DNA of 64,000 nucleotides from Sphaerodactylus townsendi (taxonomy: Eukaryota), in contig NC_059427.1 of NCBI RefSeq assembly GCF_021028975.2, positions 40,982,001-41,046,000 of the forward strand, in the 5' to 3' direction. The notes under the pieces are model-generated. The model did not search any database. It was given only the letters and a program-made list of their open reading frames with translations, and had not been told where the DNA came from. Shown piece by piece: positions 52,071-64,000 of this stretch. Both the position numbers and the translations under genes were made by a program. How positions within the stretch are numbered: position 1 is the first letter of the stretch; the number at the start of each line of letters is the position of its first letter.

Positions 52071-52621
52071 GTACAAACATTATTGGTGTCCTTTGTGCTC
52101 TGAGTTTCCGGACTCCCTTGAAAAGATTGTTTTGATGTGATGACCTTTTTCATGTCTCTATAGTTTGTTGCTGTTAAAAGAGAAATGCATGCAACCATGT
52201 GGCCTTAAAAACTCCATCTGTCCCAGAGCAGACTTCCTTCCCTGCTGAGTGAATGTCACAATCACCTTGTGCTTTTCTTGTAGTTAAAAACAATGACACT
52301 TCAAGCCCCATTTTTCAAAGGCAGGAATTACCCTTAGGCACCTAATTCCTAACCAATTTTCAATGAGATCTAGGCATTTAACTGCCACTTTATGCCTTTG
52401 ACAATCATTCCTCTGAATAAAGTAGAATTTAGAAGCTCCAGGATTCGTTTCCAGAGGATATTTGCTATGAGAAAGGGGTTACAAAAATATCTGCATGCTT
52501 TTCACTCTTCATAGCTCTGCAGGGGGTGGGGGGGAGTAGTAGTGTAATAAATTCATTCAGATTCAATGAGAAGTCAAGCTGACAGTGTAGTTATTTAGGC
52601 TATTTAGGTCATTCTGTTTTT

Positions 52622-52901
52622 GAGAACCAGGATGATGTAGTGGTTAAGAGCAGGTAGACTCCAATCTGGAGAACCAGGTTTGATTCTGCACTCCTCCACA
52701 TGAATGGCAGACTCTTATCTGGTGAACTAGATTTGTTTCCCTTCTACACATGAAGCCTTCTGGGTGACCTTTGGCTAGTCACAGTTCTTCAGAACTCTGT
52801 CAGCCCCATCTACTTCACAAGGTGTCGTTTTTGAGGATAGGAAGGGAAAGGAGTTTATAAGCCACTTTGAGATTCCTTACAGGAGAGAAAGGCTAGGTAT
52901 A

Positions 52902-52958
<57 letters not shown>
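52622..52958 (+). mobile_element. Squam3-type SINE ending in a long (TC)n at 52904-52958
   Basis: tgatgtagtggttaagagc head, B box and core are present. Confidence 0.9.
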
Positions 52959-52964
<6 letters not shown>

Positions 52965-53029
52965 TCAAATCCCCACTTGCGCCAGGGAAACTTGCTGGAT
53001 GACCTTGGACCCTTCAAACACTCTTAGTC

Positions 53030-53176
53030 TTGACCCTGGCTAGTAGTGGATGGGAGACCTCTAAGAAATAACAGGATCATAATGCAGAGGCAGGTAACGG
53101 CAGACCACCTCCAAACATATCTTTCCTTGAAAACCTCCACAAGGGGTCGCCATAAGTCAGCTATAACATGCTGGCA
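53030..53176 (+). mobile_element. 5S-Sauria-like SINE fragment
   Basis: ccctggctagtagtggatgggagacc (5S internal control region) followed by ggtaacggcagaccacctc...ggtcgccataagtc. Confidence 0.75.
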
Positions 53177-53509
53177 AAGAAAATGTTTTTAATTGACCTT
53201 TACTGGACATGAAGCCTCTGACTCTTAAAAATAGTTATTTTCCTCTTCTTCAGGCTGGTGCTGTCATTGAGAATGAAGGAATTCATCTCCCATTAACAGT
53301 GGCAGAATAAAGTGTATACAGATCAATTATCTATAGTTAATTGTCATGTCTTCAGTGCAGACCCACAAGGCACAGGTCAGCCACAGAGAACTGACAAGAA
53401 GACCAGTAGAACTTTTCAAGTACTTGGGGTGCTCTACTCCCTCCTTTCCGGATCTGAGAGCGGGCTGGTTTCCAACCTAAACAGTCATGAGAAAGGGTAT
53501 GAGGAGTGC

Positions 53510-53643
53510 NNNNNNNNNNNNNNNNNNNNNNNNNNNNNNNNNNNNNNNNNNNNNNNNNNNNNNNNNNNNNNNNNNNNNNNNNNNNNNNNNNNNNNNNNNN
53601 NNNNNNNNNNNNNNNNNNNNNNNNNNNNNNNNNNNNNNNNNNN
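53510..53643. other. Assembly gap, 134 N
   Basis: N run lying where the microsatellite tail of the adjacent minus-strand SINE is expected. Confidence 0.99.
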
Positions 53644-53907
53644 TCTCCTATAGGAGACTCAAAGGGGCTTACAATCTCCTTTCCCTTCCCCCCTCACAAC
53701 AAACACCCTATAAGGTGGGTGGAGCTGAGAGAGCTCCAACAAGCTGTGACTCGCCCAAGGTCACCCAGCTGGCATGTGTTGGAGTGCACAGGCTAATCTG
53801 AATTCCCCAGATAAGCCTCCACAGTTCAAGCGGCAGAGCGGGGAATCAAACCTGGTTCCTCCAGATTAGAATGCACCTGCTCTTAACCACCTCACCACTG
53901 CTGCTCC
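53644..53907 (-). mobile_element. Squam3-type SINE (same young subfamily as 34689) nested in the DIRS 5' region
   Basis: Reverse complement of the 34689 copy, including the ggagcagcagtgg head and gaattcagattagcctgt. Confidence 0.93.
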
Positions 53908-55267
53908 TGACCACTTTCAATTTTACTTCAGGATTTTTTCTTCCTTCATGATGGGATTATTCAAGAAGTTTTCCAAATGGGACACTAAGGTGGCTCAAAA
54001 CAGCAAGTGTGAAGAATGCCTCTTCTGTCTTAGCAATAAAAATCTCTCGAATACATGCCCTTCTTACTGCTTTTTTACTCTAAAGGCCAGGCAAGAACAG
54101 ACTTTGAGGCTTAAAGCCACACTGTGAGAATAGTTTCTCACTTCAGTGGATACATCCTTCAAAGGGGCCACATACAATCTTTGCCCTTTCAGTCCCTATT
54201 ATTCTGTCTGGGCACTCTTCTGACATATCTGTGCTGGACACACAGGTTGCTTTGGAACTCCCTGTTAAAAAGGCCAAAAAGAAGATGAAAAATACCTCAG
54301 AAATCAAGTCACTCATTTCTCAACCCCAAGACTCATTGCTGTCGCATCCACAGTTGAATTTCCTAGTTCGCCCTCCAGAAGTCTCTTCACAACATCAATC
54401 ATTATTTTGTCCTTGATGCCAACATGCTAGTCTGATTCCCAGATTTGTCAATACTATGTCTCTTCTCAACATCGGTCTCTATCTCCTTGATGCTGAGGTC
54501 TGTCAGTTCCATGCCCCCTATCTCCTCAACATCATCAGTTGTGATCTCATCAGAGTCCCCATTGTAGTAAGAGTCTGGGAGTCTCACTTCAGAGCTTCCA
54601 CTATCCCCACCATCCATCATCACTGTTGCCTGCCATAGATTCTTCTGTCCCTTCCAGTCTGCAGCTCTTCTGAAGACAACTTCACCTCTCGTCAGCAGAC
54701 ATTTGGCTCCCTCATCGGGAGATGATGTTTTCACATTCCTTTTGCTTCCCTTGGTTCAGGGGAACAGATTGACATCCATAGCATCTTGTCAACCCTGAGG
54801 TTTCCATCATCCTTGCTGCTTGGGGATGTATATGTGGTCAGTCCTTTAGGGACTGAATGACTGCTGGGCTCAGAATGTCATTTTTGTAACCCGTTGTCAT
54901 TGTTTTTTTAGAGTTGGTCACTCATCATTCAGGATCATTGGGTTCTGTCTACAATAAAGTTTGGTTACCAGTTACTCTTTCAATCCATCTTCATCTGTTT
55001 TTCTCCACTACCTCACTTGACGATTCTTCGCCATTAGTAGCAAGTGCCATCAGCCAAACCAATCCTTCCCTTTCTGAAAAGGGATTTTGTTTCAGATATT
55101 TCCTCATTAATAAGAAAGGTGGTGGTAAGAGGCCTATCCTGGACCTCAGATGTCTTAATAAGTATTTGCACATACCTTACTTGAGGGTGCTCCTCCACTT
55201 TCAGACATCCTCCCTCATTGTCTGGGGATTTTTGGTTTGTGGTTCTTGACTTAAAGGATGTTTATTT

Positions 55268-55677
55268 ATCAATCTAGTAGTGGACTCTAGGCAAATATGG
55301 GCTCTAACTCGAGCTAGGTGCAATGTGTTTCCGTCAGCAGCAGAGGAGGGACGACAACTATACCATTCAATGAAAGATTCTGTTCATACTGTTTAAATCA
55401 AGTAGAGACTATTACTTATGTGATCTTCTTCTGTCCTAAATGTGCGAGCATCAGATATTTGCTGCCACAAACTACATTTAATAAAGCACTAATTTGCTCA
55501 GTCAGTTCTGGAATTGCCCTACTTCCGAACAGTAGAAAAACAGAGGTATTGGAAAAGACCCCAAAATTTCTTCTGCAAGTGATTGCGATACGTTTTCAAG
55601 AACAACATAAGATAACTTGATCTGTTTATTTTATATTTGTCCATGTTTTTATGCCTAATAAAGGTTATGTGATATGA
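55268..55677 (+). mobile_element. 5'-truncated non-LTR retrotransposon 3' end inserted in the DIRS RT
   Basis: 10-bp TSD atgtttattt at 55258-55267 and 55678-55687. C-terminal Zn-knuckle remnant RFCSYCLNQVETITYVIFFC, and AATAAA near the end. Clade not determined. Confidence 0.85.
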
Positions 55678-57865
55678 ATGTTTATTTCCGCATATCTGTT
55701 TATAAAACCTATAGAAAGTTTTTCAGGTTTCAATATTGGGATTGGGGAGGGGGCTTTTATCATAATGATACCTTTTGAATTGATTACAGCCCCACAAGCC
55801 TTTACAAAGTGTTTCTCAACTGTAGTTGCCTTTTTAACGTCTGACTGTTCCACTGTCTATCCCTACTTAGACAACTGATTCCTTCTTGCTCCGTCCTATC
55901 AACCTTTGAAGTGTGATTTGGCTTTTGCCTCCCAAACATTATCTGACTTGGGTTTTCTAATTAACACTGAGAAATCCCGTTTGGAGCCTACAGAGAATGT
56001 AGAGTCTATTGGAGCAGTGTTGGATTGTGTTTCACAGAAGGCTTCTTTACCATTTACATTGTTCAAAGTCATTGTCTTTAGTCACTGTGTTTTCTAATAA
56101 AAGATTTCAAAAGGCCATCTGCATCCAAAAAAACTCCTAGGATTTATGGCCTCTACTATCTCTGTTGTTCCATATGCTAGATTAAACATGAGATGTTTAC
56201 AAAATTGGTTCCTTCAGAGATTTAGACCTAACATAGGTTCTCAATGTCATAAGCTCTCAATACCCAGAGCAGTTCTTAGGTCACTACATTGGTAGGTGTT
56301 TCCAGACTTTGTTGAAAGGTCTTTATCTAGGTGTATTTCCTTATTACCTTACTTTTTGCACTTATGCTTCACTAACTGGCTGAAGGGCTTCCTGCAACTC
56401 CCTACAAGCTAGGAGCCATTGATTGGAAAGTGAGTCTAAACATGCATAGATCTTTTTGAAATCAGAGTAGTCAGGTATGCTGTTGCATCTCTTTCAGCCA
56501 CTGCCAAAGGAAAATATCTGCTCATTGCTGCAGACAGTACAACTGCCAAGTCTTACAAGCAAGGGGGTACGGGATCCAGGACTTTCTGTGCTGAGGCATT
56601 CTGATAATGGCAGTGGCCCATACTACGCAACATTTCTCTGGTGGCCATCCATTTGGCTGGAGAGAGCAACACCATTGTGGATTTCTTCAGCAGGCAGGGG
56701 TCTTCCATTCACAAATGGTCCCTGAACCATCAGTACGTCATTCCCATTTTCAAAGAATAGGGATTCCCCCAAATATACCTATTTGCCATCAAGGCCAATG
56801 CAAAGTATTCCCTCTTCTGCTCCAAGTTGGGAGTGGGCAAGACTTCTTTGGGATATACTTTTCAGTTACACTGGTCAGGTCACCTGTATTATGCTTCCCT
56901 CCCCTTTCATCTTCTTCACAAGACCATAGCAAAGGTGGTCTCCAACCGGTCAAAAGTGATCCTCATAACTCTTATTGGTTTTCCAACCCTCCTCAGGATA
57001 TCACAAGGGAATTTCAGGATCTTTCCAGTAGAGGATGACCTTCTCATGATACGGACATCCTTCCCTGCACCTGATGGTGCGGCAAATCCAGTTCAAGTTC
57101 CAGATATAGGCAGAGCTACACAGATGTTGACAGCATTGCAAAAATCCTTCAAGTGACAGTCCTATGACTCCAAGTGGACATTCTTTCTCAGCTGATCACA
57201 ATCCCAAAGTCTGGGGCCTGAAACCTTTCCTTTAATCTGATATTTTTAGTACTTTTACTTAAAAAATACGAGTTAGGCCACTTCTATCAAGGTTAACCTT
57301 GCTTCAAATTTCTGCATTCCACATACCTGTTGGCCCTTGTTCTATATTCTCAGCACCTGATCCAAAAATATTTTGAGAAGCCTAACCAACCACTACCTTG
57401 TTTTTAAACCTCCTCTCCCTATTTGAAATTTGTCTTTGGTTTCATCTCATATTATATATATATATATATAAATCTTTTGTGCTGTTGACAATTTCCATAT
57501 GTCCTAGGACAGTACTTTGTCATTGTTTTCTCCAAATTCTCACCCTTCACGTGAACAATCACTCCAAACTCTTGATGTTAGGAGAATACTTCTTTTATTT
57601 AAATGCCCAAAAGGTTTTTCAAAAAGATAAAAATTCATTTGCTTTAAGAGTCCCAAAAAGGGAAATGCTGCATCTTCCCAAATCATTTCTGGTTGAGTGA
57701 TTTCTGTCACTGGTTTTCCTATACCAGTACTAAAGTGGATTGTCCACTTCAAGTTAGAGCCCATGCCAGCAGGGTCCAAGCTTCTTCAGCTACTTTTCTT
57801 GCCAAGGTCACTTCATGACATCTGTAAGATGGTGACCTAGTCTGCTCTGTCCACTTTGCTTTGGC

Positions 57866-58119
57866 TTTACTCCATCAATGTGGACACCAGGAGAGAGGCC
57901 TCCATTTCAAGGACATGCCTCCATGGTAAGTGAGCTGGCTACTTCATGTAGGACTGCACTAAAGATACAATGTTGAAAACAAAGTTTACTCCATTGATTT
58001 ACTCCATCAATGTGGACACCAGGAGAGAGGCCTCCATTTCAAGGACATGCCTCCATGGTAAGTGAGCTGGCTACTTCATGTAGGACTGCAGTAAAGATAC
58101 AATGTTGAAAACAAAGTTT
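57866..58119 (+). repeat. 122-bp near-perfect tandem duplication, period 132
   Basis: 57866-57987 versus 57998-58119. I saw one difference (gcactaaag/gcagtaaag). Confidence 0.95.
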
Positions 58120-58159
58120 TCTGTAACTCTTGTTCATCAAGTGTTTTTTGTGCAGACAT

Positions 58160-59304
58160 GAATGACAAGCGAGAGGGTCATTGATGCCCTTCACCCTTCC
58201 TACTAACTTGTGCCCTGGGGAGATTTTTCCTTCCAGAATCCTAACAGTGAATCATGCTTTGACTGATCCACCCTTTTGTTTGTCAATATGCAGTGCAGTA
58301 GCGTGAATGTGGTAATTTAGATTTTGTGTATACCCTTTGCATTTTCCCGATTGTATAATTACACTGAGTAGTAAGTGGTCTTTAGTTGTTAAACTAAGGC
58401 ACTTCCTAGACAGAAAGATTAGCAGCTCTGTAGGGACACCAAAATAACCTTTTCCTTTGTGTCAGAAAATAAAATAATAAACTGGCACCAGAGGCTTATA
58501 AAGTTTAAACAAAGAGTCAAAAGTTTTTATTTAGAAGAAATAAATCAAGAAGTTTTTCTGGGAGAGGATAAAATTGAAATTATATGTAAGAAGCTGGTTT
58601 CTGAGAGGTTACTATTTTGCAAGTTTTTTTAGTATCTTTTTACAGTTGATAGAAGGTTCACACAGGTGCCTTCAAGTTGTTACAGTCACTTAAATTCTCC
58701 ACAAACTAAGGACCCACCAGGATAGGTGTTCAGTTTTCTGTTTGGCTCTCTAGTTAATAAGCTAACAAAACCTTAATTTCTACCCTCAGGTAAATATAAC
58801 CTACACAGTTCCTCAAACACTAACTCTAAAATAGTTTCTTCTATAGTCTATCTCACATTGTGCTTATCAGAGACAGACTTGCACCTTTTTCAGGAAGTTC
58901 AGTCCTTTCTCTCTTTAAACCAAACCTCCCTCAGGAGCTTCACTGCCCCATATCTGGGGGATTCTCCTTAGAGAAAAACAACCAAGCCACCTGTGTGATT
59001 AATCAGTGTGACTGTGTTATGGTTAACTCCAGAACCTTGGCACAGATTCCCTAAATCTGTCCTCCCTGGCACTTATTCAGAGTAACTCATCTCATATAGA
59101 ATTGGCCCTCAGCCTCCAGAGAACAGGGTTACAATAGAACAGCCATTCACTCTGACATTCAAATCAGTTCTCCTCAAAACTATCAGTGCTCTGGCTAAGA
59201 ACGTGCTGTGTTCTCTCCGGCCAATTGTGGGGAGTTCCATGTCAATCATTTCGGCTCTTAGCTTTCTACTGCCTGAATATGTGGTAGTTTCTGTAAATGT
59301 TACA
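58160..59304 (-). mobile_element. LTR-like insertion between the DIRS ICR and 3' ITR
   Basis: The minus strand begins TGTAACA and has AATAAA near 58526. DIRS-like sequence resumes at 59305. The left boundary (58160 or 58429) and TSD are unresolved. Confidence 0.5.
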
Positions 59305-60518
59305 ATATGCTCCCTCCTTTCCCTACTGTGGGCTATTGTGTGTTATAATGGTGGTCTTCCCCAGTAGTGAAGGGAGACCTGAGGAATTAGTACTCTCTTT
59401 GCCTCCTTTCACATGACAGTTTGGGTAGGAAATCAGCCCATTCTCAGCTCGGGGGAAAGGGAGGGGAGCACCCAAAGTTTTCTGAAGATATGGAAGCTTT
59501 CTAGTCAGTTCTTCATGGCCAGCCTGTGCCTGCGCAGTCCCATGAGTGACTTCACAGAAGTCACTCAATGAAGAATAGTTACAGGTAAGTGCAACTTTAT
59601 GTCAGGTGTTACATGTCACACCAAGATTATCCTTGTTTTCCTTAATGACATACCTAAATTAAGTAAATTACTCAGACTCCCTTATCAGGTAGGTTGTATG
59701 TCCCCCTGACACAGAAGACTGTTACTGGCATAGAAGACTGTTTTGCCCACTTGTGATCCACTGTCTAGCAAAAAATGCACAAACGGTAGCTGCAGCCCTG
59801 CAATTAACAGGTTAATATTTTTATTTTATATTCATCATTTGTTTGATTATTAAAATACAAGGAAACACACTTTGGTACTGATAATAAAAGTTCCATATCC
59901 TCATGCTAATTTCACTTTGTTCATGCAGGTCAGTAGCAGATATGCTTGAATTTAAACCTTATTAGACCAAAGTAAAGAATTGTGAAATTATTAACATTTG
60001 CATTTTTAAAGGATTTTTTAAATTTCCGGCCCAGGAGAACAGCATGCAATTTCATTATCCCATTAAAAGTGATTACGGTTCCCCTTATACTTCAAGGAGA
60101 TGCAAACTAATAGTTTAGTCTTTCTAAACGTTCTGAAGAGCTTTCCTGGATGTGATAGGCCATGGAATACTCCAGAATAAGTAGTTTTAGATTCAAGTTT
60201 ATCTGCTTGAAGAGGCTATTAATCTAAATGGTTCAGATGTTCAATCAATGAGAAGTCAAGAGAGAGAAAAAGAAAGGGGGAATAAGGCACTGCTGTTCAA
60301 ATGGCATTTACCAACTGTAATATTGGTTTTTCCATTTAGCATTTAATATGATATAAATTTAGTTGGCAGACAAATAGATTGCATCATGTAAATTGTTCAT
60401 AAATTTGCCTGTTTCATCTTCGATTTTCTCTCTGCCATGTTATAATAATGACATGATTCTAGCAAGGGATAAATTTTGAAGTTGAATTTTCTTTATTTAT
60501 GTCTATTGTGTTTTGCAG

Positions 60519-60648
60519 GAAAGAATTCAGATAGAGCATGGATCCCTCACAATAACCACCGTGAACCTATCAGATACTGGCATGTATCAGTGCATGGCAG
60601 AAAACAGACATGGGGTCATCTATGCCAGCGCAGAGCTGAGTGTAATCG
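60519..60648 (+). CDS. CNTN4: Contactin-4 exon, 130 nt, phase 0-1, second half of Ig4
   Basis: Splice sites are ttttgcag| and G|gtgggc. Translates [43 protein letters not shown], which contains the Ig DxGxYxC motif. Confidence 0.97.
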
Positions 60649-61309
60649 GTGGGCTCTTTTTCCTTAACAAATACTGAAAACCAACAAACTGTTAGCTTGA
60701 TTAGTTTTTCTGGTTTTGCAGAAATTCATAAATAATTCCTTGCAGTTCCTGTTATCATAGGGGTTGTCCTCATATATGAAGTCATTATATCTGTTATTCA
60801 CTTGACCAATTTCTATTTTTTCAAGCAGTACTAGTAGAGCTTTTGTTATGAGGATCCTTTTCTAAGTCCTTGAAGTATGCTCTCTTGTACCACAAACAAG
60901 GCTGCTCTTGGAGAAAGCGCAGCACCTATGATAGTAAGGACATGAATTACACAGCTCTTTCCTCTTGCTTGGGCTGTTTTGACCTTTGCTATGGATGGAT
61001 AGAATGAAGGCAGGCTTTGGTAGCTGAATGCTTCCAGCAGTGTCACTACAGTGGAAAAGTATTTTTTTCCTCTTTTTATAAAAGATCACGGTTTTTAAAA
61101 GTTGTTTAAAACTGTCTGTATCCCCAAAGCAAGAATATCCAGGATCTCTTTTGTTACAGAGCATGGAATTGTATAGAATAAAGCATAGAGATAGCACTTT
61201 CCTCTTGATCCTTCCATAGTCAAGCAATGGATAATGAACAGTAGATAGTTATTTAATGGTTATTAATGGCTCATCATTTTCCTTATTTCCATTGTAAAAA
61301 GTGTGGTGT

Positions 61310-62329
61310 TGTACCCAACGTGGCGGGAAGTCTCTCCCTTTTAGAGTGGGGGAATTAGCAGGAATAGATACTTGGCTTTGCAAAAGGCCGGGCAATACAA
61401 GACCTTGATTGCCTATTTATACGAGAGTCAGCAAAAAAACCTTGCAGGAGAATGAATAAAGTCTAGCAATTTTTATTAAGGGATAATGGGGGTACACGAG
61501 CATACACTAAAAGCAGCAGAACATACACAGTCCTAGGATGTGGACAGTTTTGAGGGGATCGGTCTGGAATAAATAAGGAATATATGGGGAGGTTCCATAA
61601 AAGTTATAGTCACCTACCTTGGAGCGGAATGGTCTGATGAACAGAACTGATTGACCCGTGCTTAGGTCTGGGAGAAACAGTGCTGAGGAACAGTATCACA
61701 GACAGAGAGTTGTCCAGAGATACTGAACACTATCTATTGGGAGAGTGGGCTTCTTGTAGGGAAAACGGACCTTCAAGGTTATGCAGAGTGATGCTTAATC
61801 TCCCTAGACAAAAAGATTTCCTGCCTTTCCTGGGAAAGACAACAGACAGAAATCTACCTTAATGGTTGGGTCATTGGTCTTATGGTTTGAGACATCAGCC
61901 TGAAGTTCCAGGCTTGGGAGTGTCTCCAAGTGGGACGTTAGCTGATGAAATTACAGCTGTAAAACAATGACAGTGCAGATAAGGTGGTTGTTAAAGGTAT
62001 TAGTCAGAGGAAGAAACACTGGGCAGGTAAGCACATTAACACATCCATTGTCTTCACCGGTGTGCATGGTCCAAAGCTGGAGATAGAATCTCTCTCCAGG
62101 GCAAGGTCTTTGTGTTGACTTAATCCTGTCAGGAAGGCTGTGAGAGAAGTTTTGTGCAAGTTGCTTTGGAGGGAGACAAGTCCATTGGATGAACTGAACC
62201 AATGCAAGGAATGGGCACCCCATTTTGGCACTGCACTGCTAGGCATCCTAAGGGTTTGCTGAGGTGGTAGAGATGCCAGTGTATTAAAAGCAAGGTCCCT
62301 TTGGTCCTCCATAGGTTGGTCTGACAACA
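61310..62329. mobile_element. Solo LTR (ERV1-like), 1020 bp, inserted in a SINE head
   Basis: TGT...ACA termini with a perfect 4-bp TSD gtgt at 61306-61309 and 62330-62333. Removing it restores agtgtggtgtagtggttaag. Confidence 0.85.
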
Positions 62330-62596
62330 GTGTAGTGGTTAAGAACTGCAGACTCTAATCTGGAGAACCTTGTTTGATTCCTTCGCCCCATGAGTGGCAT
62401 ATTCTTATCTGAATTTGTTTTCCCGCTCCTACACATGCTGGATAACCCTGGGCTAATAATAGTTCTCTCAGATCTCTCTCAGCTCCACCCACCTCACAAG
62501 GTTCCTGTTCTAGGGAGAGGAAGGGAAGGAGATTGTAAGTCACTTTGACACCCCTTATGGTTGAGGAAAGCGGGGTATAAATCCAAACTCTTCTTC
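62330..62596 (+). mobile_element. Squam3-type SINE whose first ~10 nt lie at 61300-61309
   Basis: gtgtagtggttaag...tttgattcc...ggggtataaatccaaactcttcttc. Confidence 0.9.
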
Positions 62597-63144
62597 ATAT
62601 ATTACAGTTGCTAGGCAGGGGGATAAATTAATTGTGTGTGCACTGTGAATTTCATAGAGACAGAAAGAGCTAAAGCAGACAAAATGTGAAAGGTACATGG
62701 CCAAATCGTCCAGGATCTTTTCCTTCAATTCATTTGATCAAAAATGTAGGACTGGAAAACAGCTGTTTCACCCTTTCCCTTTTGCTATTAGGCTGAGCTG
62801 AATTCCATTTCATCTCAAGATGCTATTCGTTCCTAGGGGGGAAATATAGGTACCTGGTTCTTTTCCCCCCCTCCCCTTGCCTTTGCCTCCTTCCTTGAAC
62901 AGTGTGCAGAGGGCAAGAAAGATAGAACACTTTCACTTTAATACAGCTTCCTGATCATACTGGCCACACTGAAGTAAAGACAAATACAGGCCTGTGTGGT
63001 GATCAGGCTGTGTGGTTTCTCCATTGCTGCAACAGATACAACACAGCATTACATGGCTGGTTTCCCTAAGTTTTTCCTGCCCTAGTCACTCTGCAGCAGC
63101 CATTTTTCCATCAGCAATTGAATGTCACTACAGTAGCCAAGACT

Positions 63145-63303
63145 TGGAGGCTAAGTAGGCTGGCCCTGGTTAATACTTGGGCGGGAGGCCCCCAAAGAAG
63201 TCCAGGATTGCTGTGCAAAGGAAAGCAATGGCAAACCACCTTTGCTCATTCTTGCCCCAAAACCTCTTGAGGGGTCACCATGAGTCGGTTGCAACTTGAT
63301 AGT
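63145..63303 (+). mobile_element. 5S-Sauria-like SINE fragment
   Basis: gctaagtaggctggccctggttaatacttgggcgggaggcc (5S-like) followed by gcaatggcaaaccacc...ggtcaccatgagtcgg. Confidence 0.8.
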
Positions 63304-64000
63304 ATCTAATTATTTCTATCTTTTGTAACAATCTGTTACTGTCATCTGAATTTCCAGCTTTCACATAAAAAAATAAGTTGCTAGCTCCTCTCGTTGCAGA
63401 GATATAAGGAGAAAGCCATATCTCTGCAACCAAGGGGCTACAGGTTTTCCTTGGGGGAAAAAATGTTTCAGAGAACCAGACAAATGTTTATAATGTTGTA
63501 GCACTTTGACAATATTAATTTGCCAATTTTAAAAGTGCTCTGATGCTTGGAAGGCCATGCTTCCTGCAGGGGACTGAGGCAGAGAAAATGGCACCAATTT
63601 GGGTAGGACCAAGAAGATCTGGACTTTCCCTTCCACATGAATGCCACCCTGGCTTTGCTTTAATCTACACTAAAATATCACTGTGGATTGGGTTTGGAAA
63701 AGTTCACAAGAAGGACAGGGGACAGCTGGAAAGTTAATGAAAGCACCATGCTGGTGTGAGAAAGTGCGGTGAGGGGCCCTCTTCTTAACTGCGTTCCATC
63801 TGGGGTGTACAACCTATGCCTAAGTTATCCCAGTGACAGTTCTTTATGTTCAGTTTATTTTGGCCCAAGATTTTCAAGTTTCTGAGAATGTAATTAGAAT
63901 ACTGAGGTGGAGTGGGGGGCTTTTAGAATGCTACTGCTGTTCTTGGGGACTGATGCCACTTTAGGATTAGCACTGCTGGAATATTCGCCTGTTTGGTTCT

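Larger units (their letters stand above)
53330..59600 (+). mobile_element. DIRS1-like tyrosine-recombinase retrotransposon, degenerate, with nested insertions
   Basis: Gag Zn-finger remnant GLFKK...CLFCL...C...FTLKAR at ~53950-54120. RT motifs GFCFRYFLINKKGGGKRPILDLRCLN, LDLKDVYF, PFELITAPQAFTK, YPYLDN and LGFLINTEKS. RNase H remnants KQGGT and AIHLAGESN. MT-like WSGHLYYASLP. YR remnants RAHASR and DICKMVT. Inverted termini at ~53330-53420 and 59490-59600, and an ICR at ~58075-58160. Confidence 0.92.

Noticed and set aside
52180-52500. TGCATG (RBFOX) motifs downstream of the 137-nt exon
   Set aside because: The exon is frame-asymmetric and probably constitutive. The hexamer is frequent here by chance and inside MITEs.
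63145-63195. 5S rRNA-like sequence (also 26470, 53030)
   Set aside because: Partial, diverged and fused to a BovB/Sauria-like tail, so SINEs rather than rRNA genes.

Overview
Vertebrate genomic DNA, AT-rich and CpG-depleted. The SINE/MITE content (Squam3-, Sauria- and 5S-Sauria-type SINEs, BovB, CR1) points to a squamate, probably a gecko. The whole window lies inside one large + strand gene, contactin-4 (CNTN4). Five coding exons of 204, 103, 185, 137 and 130 nt (22702-60648) splice in frame and encode the second half of Ig2, Ig3 and Ig4. The rest is intron filled with mobile elements: hAT, PIF/Harbinger and Tigger MITEs (several with readable TSDs), solo LTRs, CR1, BovB and Penelope fragments, and a degenerate but architecturally near-complete DIRS retrotransposon (~53330-59600) carrying nested insertions. 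Nearly all ORFs in the supplied track are spurious. I found no clearly new biological system. The best leads are: a young CpG-rich Harbinger-type MITE carrying a candidate 54-nt poison exon; a CNTN4 intron with U12-like signals at both ends; a candidate recursive splice site or 3-nt microexon; and hairpin MITEs whose inter-copy differences are mirrored in both arms. Family assignments and comparisons with human CNTN4 come from recalled consensus sequences, not database searches.
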